Below, in pieces: positions 18,234-27,882 of a DNA stretch of 35,382 nt (the first letter of the stretch is position 1; each line of letters begins with the position of its first letter). Source of the DNA: Verrucomicrobiota bacterium (lineage in GTDB: Bacteria; Verrucomicrobiota; Verrucomicrobiia; Limisphaerales; CANJXF01); assembly GCA_038214755.1 (NCBI GenBank), contig JBBQRQ010000052.1, positions 1-35,382 of the forward strand. Reading direction: 5' to 3'. The notes below the pieces were generated by a model. It did no database searches. It was not told the origin of the DNA and worked only from the letters and a program-made list of their open reading frames with translations. The translations under genes and the position numbers were made by a program.

Positions 18234-18243
18234 AAAATTAAGG

Positions 18244-18395
18244 GGGTAGCATCTGCCTCCGGCGGGTGCGAAAACCGATTCGATGTTCAGCGTTGGATGT
18301 TCGATGTTCGATGTTGGAAAATTAAAACCAAACATCGAACATCGAACATCGAAATAGAAAAATCCCTTCGCACCCGCCGGAGGCAGATGCTACCC
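18244..18395. repeat. REP doublet (GTAG type) enclosing inverted heptamer arrays
   Basis: Perfect 29-bp inverted repeat (18244-18272 / 18367-18395). The interior has (TCGATGT)n then (AACATCG)3. Confidence 0.85.
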
Positions 18396-18406
18396 AGTCA
18401 ATTAAA

Positions 18407-20164
18407 ATGAAGCTGCTGATTGTTATCGCGCTGAGTTTATGTTTCGTCTCGGAAATCTCATGCGAATCAAATCGTGCCGACACATTTTCTCATCCGCGGC
18501 TTTACTTCACCGCGCAGGAATTGCCCAAACTGCGCCAGCTACGAACCGAGCGTTTTCACGCGAAGATCTATAAGAATTTGATCCAATCCGCTGACTGGTG
18601 TTTGACCAAAACTCCCCGCGCAAATTGGATCGCGCCAATTTCTCCCGACCCCATTTACGAAAATCTTTATGACCGTTTCTACGCCATCATGGGCGATCTC
18701 GCGATCACCGAGCACTTGTCGTTCGCTTATGCATTGAGCGGGAAAAAAATTTACGGAGAGGCGGCGCGCCGATGGGTTTTGGCCAGTTGTCGCGCGTGGC
18801 AACGCGAGGCGGAGGGCGAACCCGACGGCGGAAAAGCCTACGCGGTTTCGCGACTGCTCAAAGGCGTCGCCGTTGGCTACGACCTGGTTTACGAACGCTT
18901 CACCGAGTCGGAACGAAAAGAAATCCGCAACACGCTCGCGCGCATCGCCGACTCGTATTTTGAAAAGTATTTTCAGACGCCGACCATTTCCGGCGAAAAT
19001 TTTCACACGCACCACGCCATCGTCGAATGGAGTTCCTTCGGAGTGGCCGCGCTCGCGCTGTTGGGCGAAGAACCGAAAGCGCAAGCCTGGCTCGACGCGA
19101 CGGTGAGAAAATTTGAAGAACATCTGCTGCCCAGCGGCCTCGCGCCCGACGGCGCGCAAATCGAAGGCGGAACATTTTGGGCTTCGACCATGCAATCGAG
19201 AATTTTTTTTATGGATGCGCTGCGCCGTGTCACGCAGCGCGATCTTTTTAAAAAATTTGAAAAGCAAATGAACGCTCATCTCGCGCTCGCGGAAATCGCG
19301 ACGGAGAAATTTCCGGGCTACGAACCGAACTCCGCCAATGTAATTCTTCAGCCGTATTATGGTCAGTTGGATTATTACGCGCCGATTTTATTATTTTTAG
19401 CGCGCGAATATCGTCGCCCAATTTTTCAATATCTCGCGCAGTGGGACCATACCGTCGGGCAAATTCAGAAAACTCGCGCCATCACGCGGCACGGCGAGCA
19501 ACTGCTTTTTGAGTTGGGCGGCTACGCTTATCTCTGGTGCGACTCCAGCGTTCCGGCGAAGGCGGAGGAGAAAAAACTTTCATACCAATTCCCCTCGGTG
19601 GACGAAGCCTATCTGCGCGCGTCGTGGCAACCGGGCGATTTATTGGTCGGCGTTAGCCAAGGCCAACTGGTCATTCACACTGGCGGAAAAACTATTTTGC
19701 TCGAACCGGGTTTGACCGAGCCGCTGTCAGATTTGCGCGTGCAAAGTTTGGTGGACGATGGTTCCCGCGCTGTCATCCGTTGCGGAAATGCGCTTATCAA
19801 TTTTCTGGACATCGAACTGGACCGTCACGCGCGCCTGTTGATCGTGACTCGAAAAATTCCCGGCGATTGGAAATGGTATTGCCACGGTGAACCGCTGCGG
19901 CGAGGCAACGACTTGGAGTGGGGAAAAAAAGTTCGCGTTCGTGTGCTTCAAGGCGAAATAGTCGCGTTCGATCCAGTCGGTTACGCGCCGCCCATGAAAA
20001 CTGGTTTCAATAAACTGGCGCTGAACGATCCGGCGCCGATGAAATTTCCGCTCGTGACCGTGCGACCCGACGCCAGCCAGGAGATCGTTCTTGAAGTGAA
20101 ACTATTCTTCTCGATGCAAAAGAGATTCAGTGTGCGCCGGGTGCATTCACCAAAAGATTTTTAG
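18407..20164 (+). CDS. Secreted DUF4962 / heparinase II/III-like polysaccharide-lyase-fold protein
   Basis: Signal peptide, HPRLYFT..EL..LR, A.GYDLVY, DG...EG..FW and LRASW motifs. Confidence 0.7.
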   Translation: MKLLIVIALSLCFVSEISCESNRADTFSHPRLYFTAQELPKLRQLRTERFHAKIYKNLIQSADWCLTKTPRANWIAPISPDPIYENLYDRFYAIMGDLAITEHLSFAYALSGKKIYGEAARRWVLASCRAWQREAEGEPDGGKAYAVSRLLKGVAVGYDLVYERFTESERKEIRNTLARIADSYFEKYFQTPTISGENFHTHHAIVEWSSFGVAALALLGEEPKAQAWLDATVRKFEEHLLPSGLAPDGAQIEGGTFWASTMQSRIFFMDALRRVTQRDLFKKFEKQMNAHLALAEIATEKFPGYEPNSANVILQPYYGQLDYYAPILLFLAREYRRPIFQYLAQWDHTVGQIQKTRAITRHGEQLLFELGGYAYLWCDSSVPAKAEEKKLSYQFPSVDEAYLRASWQPGDLLVGVSQGQLVIHTGGKTILLEPGLTEPLSDLRVQSLVDDGSRAVIRCGNALINFLDIELDRHARLLIVTRKIPGDWKWYCHGEPLRRGNDLEWGKKVRVRVLQGEIVAFDPVGYAPPMKTGFNKLALNDPAPMKFPLVTVRPDASQEIVLEVKLFFSMQKRFSVRRVHSPKDF

Positions 20165-20324
20165 AGGTGATTTCCGAAGTTGTGGCCGTAATCTTGGAAG
20201 CCTTAGTTAGCCTGCGATTCAATGACGACGTATTTTTCATTTGGTCTTGGACCAACGGAACTGTTGGTTATCGTAGTCGCGCTCGCCGTCTTGGGGTTTC
20301 GGATGATGCGACGATGAATAAAAA

Positions 20325-20401
20325 TGGTGCCAGCGACAGGAATCGAACCTGTGACCTCGGGCTTATGAGTCCCACGCTCTAACCAACTGAGCTACGCTGG
20401 C
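20325..20401 (-). tRNA. tRNA with CAT anticodon (elongator Met, possibly Ile2)
   Basis: The reverse complement reads GCCAGCGTAGCTCAGTTGGTTAGAGC...CTCATAA...GTTCGATTCC...CGCTGGCACCA. G1-C72 is paired, so it is not an initiator. Confidence 0.95.
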
Positions 20402-20498
20402 AAATTGTACTGGTTAATATTTCTCGGACGACCTGCCACCTGTCAAATCGAATGATGTCCAACCCGCATCGACTTTTGGAAATTCATAGAAAAAAGAT

Positions 20499-20523
20499 GC
20501 GGCGGTCACAGACGCGCCGCTCC
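20499..20523 (-). repeat. REP element
   Basis: The reverse complement GGAGCGGCGCGTCTGTGACCGCCGC matches 3254-3278 at 24/25. Confidence 0.7.
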
Positions 20524-20623
20524 AAAACAAAAAAATTTCCGGCGTTTGGGCGAAAGGATTTTGAGTTGCGTGTCCGAAAAATGAATTTTGGAAACCAAGA
20601 CCGACAGGGTTGATTGGGACGGT

Positions 20624-20771
20624 TAAATTATTCTCAAAATAAATTTTCGTGAAAACGTCATGGGAACGGAACGCCGAACTCCGGTTCGGCTCGTTCCAAG
20701 CGAGCGTTCGGTATCGCGCCGACTTGGAAACCAGCGATCCCTTTTGGAAATTTATTTCGACAACCGATCTA
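20624..20771. mobile_element. Degenerate MITE-like element, same shell as 15346-15463 with a different REP interior
   Basis: Left end TTCTCAAAATAAATTT, right end GAAATTTATTTCGACAACCGATCTA. Interior GGAACGCCGAACTCCGGTTCGGC...GCCGACTTGGAAACCAGCGATCC. Confidence 0.55.
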
Positions 20772-20775
20772 GACG

Positions 20776-21384
20776 ATGAACGCAATGCGACTTGCCCACA
20801 GACTCCGCGCTCTGACTCGCGCAATGCAACAGAAGTGGGGAACCGTCAGCGCAAAAAGAAATCTGTGGAACAGCGAATTTCAAAATGGTCGTTGGGATTA
20901 TTTGGAACAGACGGGCGACGATTGTGTTTACGCGTTTATCGAGAGGCATTGTAACGGAGGCAGCGTTCTCGACCTCGGATGTGGCTCAGGCAACACGGGT
21001 CATGAAGTGCGGGAGGAAAAATACGGAGATTACACCGGCGTTGATATTTCTGATGTGGCGGTGCAAAAGGCGATTCATCGAACCCAAGGCACGGGGCGCG
21101 CGCGAAAAAATCGGTATGTTCACTCCGACATCTCGACATATCGGCCCGACAAAAAATATCACGTCATTCTCTTCCGCGAGGCGCTTTATTATACTCCACG
21201 TTCTCAGATCAGACCTTTGCTCCGCCGCTATTGCGACTTTCTCACCGAGCAAGGAGTTTTCATCCTCCGAATGTGCGACCGAAATAAATTCCGGTTTATT
21301 CTTGAGACAATTGAAAGCAACTTTCGCGCAGTGGAAAAATATCTGGACGAATCGACGCCTGCCGTGATCATCGTTTTTCGCTAG
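20776..21384 (+). CDS. Class I SAM-dependent methyltransferase
   Basis: VLDLGCGSG, YTGVDISDVAV and ILFREALYY motifs. Confidence 0.9.
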   Translation: MNAMRLAHRLRALTRAMQQKWGTVSAKRNLWNSEFQNGRWDYLEQTGDDCVYAFIERHCNGGSVLDLGCGSGNTGHEVREEKYGDYTGVDISDVAVQKAIHRTQGTGRARKNRYVHSDISTYRPDKKYHVILFREALYYTPRSQIRPLLRRYCDFLTEQGVFILRMCDRNKFRFILETIESNFRAVEKYLDESTPAVIIVFR

Positions 21385-21390
21385 TCGATG

Positions 21391-21433
21391 AATCAATCCC
21401 CCAAATCCAATAATCCAATAATCCATCAATCCT
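21391..21433. repeat. Short octamer tandem repeat (AATCCAAT) between convergent genes
   Basis: AATCCAAT-AATCCAAT-AATCCATC-AATCC at 21404-21432. Confidence 0.6.
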
Positions 21434-21437
21434 CCCC

Positions 21438-22091
21438 TCACACCATCTTGCTCAATCGTTGAAAAACTTCGCCCGTGTTTTGGAACCACCATCCGAACAT
21501 CTTCAGCAAATCCACTCTCGCCGTGAGCAACGGAATGCCGATCAACAACACGCTGATGTTGCCCAGGAAAATAATCACGATCGAAAATAAATAACCTTGT
21601 TCGGTGATGTCGGTTTGTCGGGTCTTTACAATATGCGCCGTCAACGTCACGTGAAACGCGTAGGCCGCGCCGGTCAGCAAATGGAACCAGGCCAGAAACG
21701 GTTTCCAATTCCAGATGAGATGGCCGATGACAAAAATCACCACGAGGAGCCAGGCGTAAATCGGAAAAAAATAAGGCGCGAGCGCGACTAAAAAATTTGT
21801 CCGGGTCACGACGACGTGTCCGCCGCGAGAGGTCGCTTTGAATTTTTTTACCTTGCCGCCGAAAAGCCAGGTCCAAAGCGCGTGAGTAAATTCGTGGCCG
21901 AGCACGTATAGCCACATTGGTTTTGGCAGCAGAAGAAAAACGCAAATCCAACACGCCGCTCCGGCCAGAAACGGGACCCAGGTTTGATCGGCGGTGCCGG
22001 CGGCGTCAATGACGCGCCACAACGTGCGAATCGCGCCGAGACAAACCGGCAGAAGAAAAATCGCGATGATGAATTTGGCCCATTTGGGCAT
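21438..22091 (-). CDS. Membrane zinc metallopeptidase-like protein (M50-like)
   Basis: HEFTH motif in a hydrophobic context, ALAPYFFP and a downstream QTD. Several TM helices. Confidence 0.75.
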   Translation of the reverse strand: MPKWAKFIIAIFLLPVCLGAIRTLWRVIDAAGTADQTWVPFLAGAACWICVFLLLPKPMWLYVLGHEFTHALWTWLFGGKVKKFKATSRGGHVVVTRTNFLVALAPYFFPIYAWLLVVIFVIGHLIWNWKPFLAWFHLLTGAAYAFHVTLTAHIVKTRQTDITEQGYLFSIVIIFLGNISVLLIGIPLLTARVDLLKMFGWWFQNTGEVFQRLSKMV

Positions 22092-22155
22092 GAGGCAGAA
22101 TTCAGAACCCGGTTTTTAGAAGCCAGCAGAAAAACTTTCCGGTTCGGTCACTGCG

Positions 22156-22210
22156 AACATCACGCCAGATTTCGCGCCGTCTTCGGTGTGGAGATATTCG
22201 TCCTCGGTCA
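22156..22210. repeat. Degenerate direct repeat of 30229-30283 (putative island boundary)
   Basis: Ungapped match at 49/55 to the 3' region of gene 30123-31394. Confidence 0.85.
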
Positions 22211-22223
22211 AAGCCGACAAGTT

Positions 22224-22655
22224 TCAAAATTCCTCGCTCATCTGCTCGCCGCCATGTTCCGGGTTTCCGATCAGACGTTGGCGTTTCGGATCGACGACGA
22301 GATCGAGAACTTCGAGTGGCACCTGGCCTAGGAGGTTCGGCACTGATTCGGGAATTTCAACCACGTCGAAGTTTTCCTTGCGCCCCATAAGTTCGAGTTG
22401 GACCGGCGAGTATTTGAAGCGAAGCGCCTCGCCGTTGGTTGTGAACGAGCGCACCGTGTCGGTCTTGCGTAAGCCGAGCTTCTTGATCACGGACGGATTT
22501 AAGTAGAGGCGCGTCGCACCTGTGTCCACGAGCGCCTCGACTTCGGCCGAGCGCGGTTTTCGCTTACTCAACCCAAGCTCTCGGATTCCCAAGTCCAAAT
22601 AATTTGTGACCTTGATTGTTACGATGACTTTACCCATTTTGCCTTTCTTCGTCAT
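22224..22655 (-). CDS. Clan AA (retropepsin-like) aspartic protease
   Basis: ALVDTGAT catalytic motif and LLGQVPLEVLDLVVDP. The start is supported by TTGACG-N17-GAACAT-N6-ATG. An alternative start is at 22637. Confidence 0.88.
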   Translation of the reverse strand: MTKKGKMGKVIVTIKVTNYLDLGIRELGLSKRKPRSAEVEALVDTGATRLYLNPSVIKKLGLRKTDTVRSFTTNGEALRFKYSPVQLELMGRKENFDVVEIPESVPNLLGQVPLEVLDLVVDPKRQRLIGNPEHGGEQMSEEF

Positions 22656-22725
22656 GATTGCATGTTCTGTGCATCCGCCTTCTGCGTCAACGTTGCGCCT
22701 CAATGACAATTTTCTGAACTGTTCC

Positions 22726-23856
22726 TCAATAGAACGGCCATGCTTTTTTAGGCGGCCCCATCGCTTCTTGTTCAAATGGAACTTTATCTTTCTCCATGTG
22801 CAACGGACGAAAATCGCGCCGAGATTTTTCTTGGAGATCACGCAGGATATCGAACCCGGCTGCATCGTTATCTCCGAAATGCCAGAACTCAAGCGCGGCC
22901 GGCAATCGATGCAAGAGCGCGAGCGTGCCGGAACCTGGATAACTTGTCTGAATCAAAAGTTCGCCTGAAAGTAATTTGGCTAATTCGTGAAATGAAGTTT
23001 CATTTTCCACAGTCAAGCAACGGCGGGCGCTGGTCGCTATTTCTCCGGCGCGTTGGATGTCGGTTAGCGCGAGGCGATATGAACCGTGAAAACGCCCGAA
23101 ATCAATCCAGTCACCGTCGAGCCGAAGGCGCAATGGGCCATGGACGAGAACCGAGCGTGGATTGGCGACGATGCCGAGATCATCCAACGCGCGAATTTCA
23201 CCATTCGTAATTTTTTCCAAAATGCGACCGAGTTTGCCGCGCAATTGTCCGGCGAATTCACCTTCGCGTTCCACCGCGGCTAATTCTTCGAGCCGTTTTG
23301 ATCTGTCGCACTCGCACAGAACGCAACTGGCGAAGCGCACCATTGACTCTCCTTCCCACCGCAAAAGCTTGGGAAGCAAGGCGAGTAATTCCGCATTGGC
23401 CGCAGTGGGTTCGCGATCAAATGGTTCAACGGAATGGCCCGCGAGAGATGCCTGCCGTTGTCGTTCGCACCAATTTTGCCAACCTTCTTTCCAGCGCGGC
23501 GGGACTTCAAATGAAGCAGCGGACAAAAATTGTTGGGCTAAAGATTCTCGAACTCCTTGAGGCGAAAGTCGCTCAAGCAACGCGTAAAGTTCGGCTTCTT
23601 TGCCCAACAGAAGTCTAACTTTGGCGATGCTCGTTGGATCGCGCGGATGAACCGGAATAAGTTCCAGAAGTTTTCCATCCAACTCGCGAAGTTGACGCAA
23701 GGCCAATTCATAACTTTCTCCTTCCACACAATTGGCTTCTTCGGTCAGTTCCGTCAGCGGCACAATGATATCGCGAGTTCCCGTTCCGGTGCGTCCAGCC
23801 CGGCTTTGTTCGTAACGGCGAGCCAACGCTTCGAGAATGGGCGACGGCACTTTCAT
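22726..23856 (-). CDS. jetD: Wadjet JetD toprim nuclease
   Basis: LTVENETSF, HFGDNDAAGFDI (DxD) and EQE motifs. Last gene of a four-gene SMC operon. Confidence 0.88.
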   Translation of the reverse strand: MKVPSPILEALARRYEQSRAGRTGTGTRDIIVPLTELTEEANCVEGESYELALRQLRELDGKLLELIPVHPRDPTSIAKVRLLLGKEAELYALLERLSPQGVRESLAQQFLSAASFEVPPRWKEGWQNWCERQRQASLAGHSVEPFDREPTAANAELLALLPKLLRWEGESMVRFASCVLCECDRSKRLEELAAVEREGEFAGQLRGKLGRILEKITNGEIRALDDLGIVANPRSVLVHGPLRLRLDGDWIDFGRFHGSYRLALTDIQRAGEIATSARRCLTVENETSFHELAKLLSGELLIQTSYPGSGTLALLHRLPAALEFWHFGDNDAAGFDILRDLQEKSRRDFRPLHMEKDKVPFEQEAMGPPKKAWPFY

Positions 23857-23857
23857 T

Positions 23858-26800
23858 TTACTTGTCCATCAAGCGGCGTGCATCGTCCGAATCACGCGCC
23901 AAACTTACAGGAATGTTGCGAATCTCCGTTCGCTTGCCGGTGTGTCGCTCTTCTTTCGAGACGACGACCAGCCAATCGCAATGTTCAAAGGCGTAAGGGA
24001 TGTTGCCGGTGCTCATTGAGAAAACGCCTTGCAGATCGAACGCCTTTAGCGCGGTGATGCAATCTTTGATGCGCTCACCGCTGAGTTTGGAAAAAGCTTC
24101 GTCAATTGGAACCAATCCCAACGACGGCTCTTGTTTGCGGGAACCGTAACGACGGTAGGCGCGCAAATAACTCGCCAGAATCGCGATGAAATAGGGCGAT
24201 TGATTTTCGCCCCCGCTGAATTTTCCCGAGTGCCGATCCACGCTTGTCTTGCGTCCATTCTCGTCTTCGACCTCCATGTCGTATTCGTAGTAATTGCGAT
24301 AATCGAGCAACCGCGCAGCTTCGACGCTGTTCGGTTGTTCCGTAAGCGTTTTTAAAAAAAGTTCAATGGCGGTGCGAAAGCGCGGGTCGGCAGAGGCGAA
24401 CCATAATTCATCTGAGTGCGCCAGCATGTTTGCCTCAACCAATTCATGCCAGATTTTGAATTCAGGATTCTGCCGATAACTAATCTGGTAACGGTCGTTG
24501 CCGATGGGACGTTTTCTTAATTCCTGATTGAGGATGAAAAGCACATTGCGCACGTCGCTCAAAGCGCCGCTCAATTTGTCGAGAACCTGATTACGGAAAA
24601 GTCCTTCCCAATGTTTTCGTTCGCGCTCGGCTTTGGTTTTGTATTCGGGAATTTCGCTTTGCTCCAATTTGATGAGTTGCTTTTCGTGGCTGTCGTTGGA
24701 TTCAGATTCAACTGGCAGATCGTCAAACTTTGAATGAGTTAAAGCTAATTCGCGGCGTTTTGATTTTAATTCTTCCCACGCCGCAGCGGCTTTCTCCCGA
24801 CAATCATGGAAAAGTCCATTGAATTTGTCCGCCGCCACATCTTTGGCGGGAAACTCCGTCAGCATTTTAGCATGAAGTTCTTCCAGGCGTTTTAACCATG
24901 GCGAAATATCGTCGCTACGAATCTGATCAAATTTGTCAGCAAATTCCTGTGCCACTTTTCGCTGGCAAAGCACTGCCGAGTTCAGGCTTTGTACGTGCTG
25001 GCGTTTTGGACTTTGCAACAGGCCGCGTTGTTCGTTCACCCATGCGGCCAAATCCGTTTCCAGTTTTGTTTGCTGGTTGGCCAATTCGTCAAACTTCGCG
25101 CGGTCAATCGAATTGAGTTTCGCAATGTTCTCCTTCAACTCAGCTTGATGTTTGGGAAGCTCCTGCGCGCGGGCGAGGTCGGAATAAAGAGTGGGCGAAA
25201 GATCGAAATATTCGCGCCAACCCTCGTTCAAAGTTTTTATCGCCTTTTCAATTGGCGCGAGACGACGCTCTTCAATTTCCAGTTCGTCGCGTTGCTTTTC
25301 TTTCCAGGCAAGTTGTTGGCGCAAACCTTCTTTGCCCACGAACGGATCGCCATCGTAAAAACGGGGACGTTCGACGAATGCGCCCCGCGCCATAAAACCA
25401 TCCGGCAATATGGCGAAGTCGTGCTCACGCAATTGCTCGCGACGTTCCACGCAAATCACACCGCCGAAAAGATGGCTGACAATGGCTTCGGCAATGGGAT
25501 GACTGGTTTTGATTTTTTCCGCCAGCGAACCGGAGCGAATCTCTCTTTTGGTTTTTAGAGCTTTCGTCGGGTTGATTAACGATTCACGCCCGACTTCGCT
25601 GCCCAACTCAGATGCTTTGAGATTGTGATAAATTTTTTCCGCTGGTTCGTAATCTTCCGGCGAAACAACGACGGCAAATTTCCGCGTGAAAGCAATTTCA
25701 ATGGCGGGTCGCCAACGCTCGTCCAGCACTTCGCACAGTTTACAAAGCGATTGCGCGGGCAACTCTGTTTTGCCTGAAAGCAGACTGCTGTTCAGCGCAT
25801 CGAGCAAACGGGTGGGAAACGGCAGCTTGCCCATTTTGAGCGAGCCGATTTCATCGCGCAATTGTCCTAACTGCTGACGAATTTCTCCAACGCGTTTTTG
25901 TGTGCTGCGTGCCGCGCCGCTCGCTTCCTCTGTTGCGCGATGTGCGAAAGTTTTGAGAGCATTCAGTGTTTCACCGGCGTTTGAAATGTCACCCGCTTCA
26001 ACATCATGAATGGCTCGCTCGACCGTGTTGGCTGGAGCCGCGTCAAATTCGAGCGGGAGCGCGCGCAGTTGTTTCAGCCAGGAGCGCGCGTTGCGAACGC
26101 GATTGGTCAGAGCTTGCTCAAGCGTGTTGCCGATTTCTGTGAGTTGGCTGATTTGCCGGGTGAGTTCGACGTTGCGGCTTTTGATGAAACTATAGAGTTG
26201 GCCTTCGGGCGTCTGATTGATGAGCGCGGCGATTTGTTGTGTTTCCGTTCGACCGCGTTCGATAAGTTCATCGAGTTTTAGTAACCGCTTTTCTTCAACC
26301 GCATATTCTTCACGGAGTTTCGACAATTTTATTTCGTCGGCAGCCAGTTGTTCCGCCGCGTGTTCGTGGCGAAGTTGCGCTTCAAGATAACGAGCCAACG
26401 CGCGGTCACGGCGAAGTTCGGTCAGCCGCGTAAATATTTCGCGAATGATTTTTAATTTTTCAAACTGATCGTTGAGTTCCGTCAGGTCACGCTCGTAACC
26501 CAGAAACGTGCGGTAACTGGAAGTGACGTCGGACACATCCAATTTGTCATCGGGCAAAATGAAATGACGGCAAAACTCGTTGAATCTTTTTAAAAAAGTG
26601 AACGACATCGCGGTAGGCAAGAGCGAGCGGAGAATGTTGCGGTCAAAATTCAGATGCGCCGGTTGAGCCATGTCGCGCAAATACGCATCGATCCCTTCGG
26701 TGAACAGTCGGCCGCTGTGCGCTTCGATAAATGCTTTGAAAGCGGTGGAGTCGAGAGGACGTTTTTCTGCGTCGAGAAAATCGCTGCGCTCCGTTTTTGT

Positions 26801-27205
26801 TGGAATAAAAAACGGCGTCACTTTTCCCTGCGTCTCAGCCGTGCTGTGAAATTCGATGCGCAAACCCCACGTCTCCGCTTTCCTTCCACTCGGCCAGGTA
26901 AATTCCAGCGCGACGTAAGTGATGGCGCTTTGTCGCATGAATTGCGCGACGCCATTTTCTTCCTGTTTGGTGTCGCCCAAACAATAGCCTTTGAGCGAAC
27001 GATCCGAACGATCACCGGTCGCCGATTGATTGAAACGCACGAGACGCTGATCGCCCACGAGCACAAGTTGAATCAAGTCCATCAAAATGGATTTGCCGGA
27101 GCCGGTCACGCCCGCGAGCAGTAGATTGCCTTCGACCGGAATGCTGTCCTTGTAGCCATACCAATTGAGGGCGTGAATACGACTGAGACGAATGGTGCGG
27201 CTCAC
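23858..27205 (-). CDS. jetC: Wadjet JetC SMC-like ATPase
   Basis: Walker A GVTGSGKS, long coiled coils with a central hinge-like region, signature FSGGENQ and Walker B IDEAFSKL. Confidence 0.92.
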   Translation of the reverse strand: MSRTIRLSRIHALNWYGYKDSIPVEGNLLLAGVTGSGKSILMDLIQLVLVGDQRLVRFNQSATGDRSDRSLKGYCLGDTKQEENGVAQFMRQSAITYVALEFTWPSGRKAETWGLRIEFHSTAETQGKVTPFFIPTKTERSDFLDAEKRPLDSTAFKAFIEAHSGRLFTEGIDAYLRDMAQPAHLNFDRNILRSLLPTAMSFTFLKRFNEFCRHFILPDDKLDVSDVTSSYRTFLGYERDLTELNDQFEKLKIIREIFTRLTELRRDRALARYLEAQLRHEHAAEQLAADEIKLSKLREEYAVEEKRLLKLDELIERGRTETQQIAALINQTPEGQLYSFIKSRNVELTRQISQLTEIGNTLEQALTNRVRNARSWLKQLRALPLEFDAAPANTVERAIHDVEAGDISNAGETLNALKTFAHRATEEASGAARSTQKRVGEIRQQLGQLRDEIGSLKMGKLPFPTRLLDALNSSLLSGKTELPAQSLCKLCEVLDERWRPAIEIAFTRKFAVVVSPEDYEPAEKIYHNLKASELGSEVGRESLINPTKALKTKREIRSGSLAEKIKTSHPIAEAIVSHLFGGVICVERREQLREHDFAILPDGFMARGAFVERPRFYDGDPFVGKEGLRQQLAWKEKQRDELEIEERRLAPIEKAIKTLNEGWREYFDLSPTLYSDLARAQELPKHQAELKENIAKLNSIDRAKFDELANQQTKLETDLAAWVNEQRGLLQSPKRQHVQSLNSAVLCQRKVAQEFADKFDQIRSDDISPWLKRLEELHAKMLTEFPAKDVAADKFNGLFHDCREKAAAAWEELKSKRRELALTHSKFDDLPVESESNDSHEKQLIKLEQSEIPEYKTKAERERKHWEGLFRNQVLDKLSGALSDVRNVLFILNQELRKRPIGNDRYQISYRQNPEFKIWHELVEANMLAHSDELWFASADPRFRTAIELFLKTLTEQPNSVEAARLLDYRNYYEYDMEVEDENGRKTSVDRHSGKFSGGENQSPYFIAILASYLRAYRRYGSRKQEPSLGLVPIDEAFSKLSGERIKDCITALKAFDLQGVFSMSTGNIPYAFEHCDWLVVVSKEERHTGKRTEIRNIPVSLARDSDDARRLMDK

Positions 27206-27882
27206 GTTTGCTCCTCCGCATCATTGTCGTCGCCGGCTGCTGATTCGACGCTTTCGGTTGCGTCCGCAATTTCTTTCACAGAAGCCAAATAGCGCTCCGC
27301 ATTTTGATTCCATTCCTCAATGTTCTGAAACGGGATAACGCGCTTGAGCGTGGAAAAAACTTCGATGATGGACCGTTCAAAAGTTGCATCGGGCGCAAAG
27401 CGAACCAGATTTTTGCGTTGGGCGAGTGAGAGAATTTCACGCAGCCGCGAGGGACTCGGAAGATGTTTGCGCAGCGGTTCAAACTTGGCGGTGAGGGCGT
27501 CGTTGAGTTGCTGAACGGTCAATCGCACCGGGGGCGTTTCGCCACGATCTCGCACGGCGGTGTCAAATTCATACCAGAGCGTGAGCAGAACAATCGTGGC
27601 ATCGAGTTTAAGTTTGAGAGTGAACGCGCCACTTTGCGGAACGGCTTGAACGATGCGGTCTTGATGATCCCAATGGAGTTTGAGGTCAAGGAGCGCCGCA
27701 AATTCGTCCACCCACTCGCGATTTTGATAGCACCAATGATAGAGGTCGGATTGCGCGGGTTGAAGACCAAGAATGGAACCGTTGGCCAGCAAACGGCGTA
27801 AAGCTTCACTGAGTCGCTCGCGATCGTGCTCGGGAAGGCGCGCGAGAAGGCCGGTGGTGTTGATGGGTTCTGTGTTCGTCAT
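27202..27882 (-). CDS. jetB: Wadjet JetB (DUF4194-like KITE subunit)
   Basis: Size and position between jetA and jetC, with LKLDATIVLLTLWYEFD. Overlapping start and stop codons on both sides. Confidence 0.8.
   Translation of the reverse strand: MTNTEPINTTGLLARLPEHDRERLSEALRRLLANGSILGLQPAQSDLYHWCYQNREWVDEFAALLDLKLHWDHQDRIVQAVPQSGAFTLKLKLDATIVLLTLWYEFDTAVRDRGETPPVRLTVQQLNDALTAKFEPLRKHLPSPSRLREILSLAQRKNLVRFAPDATFERSIIEVFSTLKRVIPFQNIEEWNQNAERYLASVKEIADATESVESAAGDDNDAEEQT

Noticed and set aside
20167..20382. 71-aa ORF
   Set aside because: It overlaps the tRNA on the opposite strand and has no motif.
20325..20401. tRNA genes as integration sites
   Set aside because: I saw no duplicated tRNA 3' ends and no integrase for either tRNA.
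22656..22892. Longer 222-aa version of the aspartic protease
   Set aside because: It overlaps the jetD 3' end. Family similarity and a promoter-like motif support a start at 22655 or 22637.
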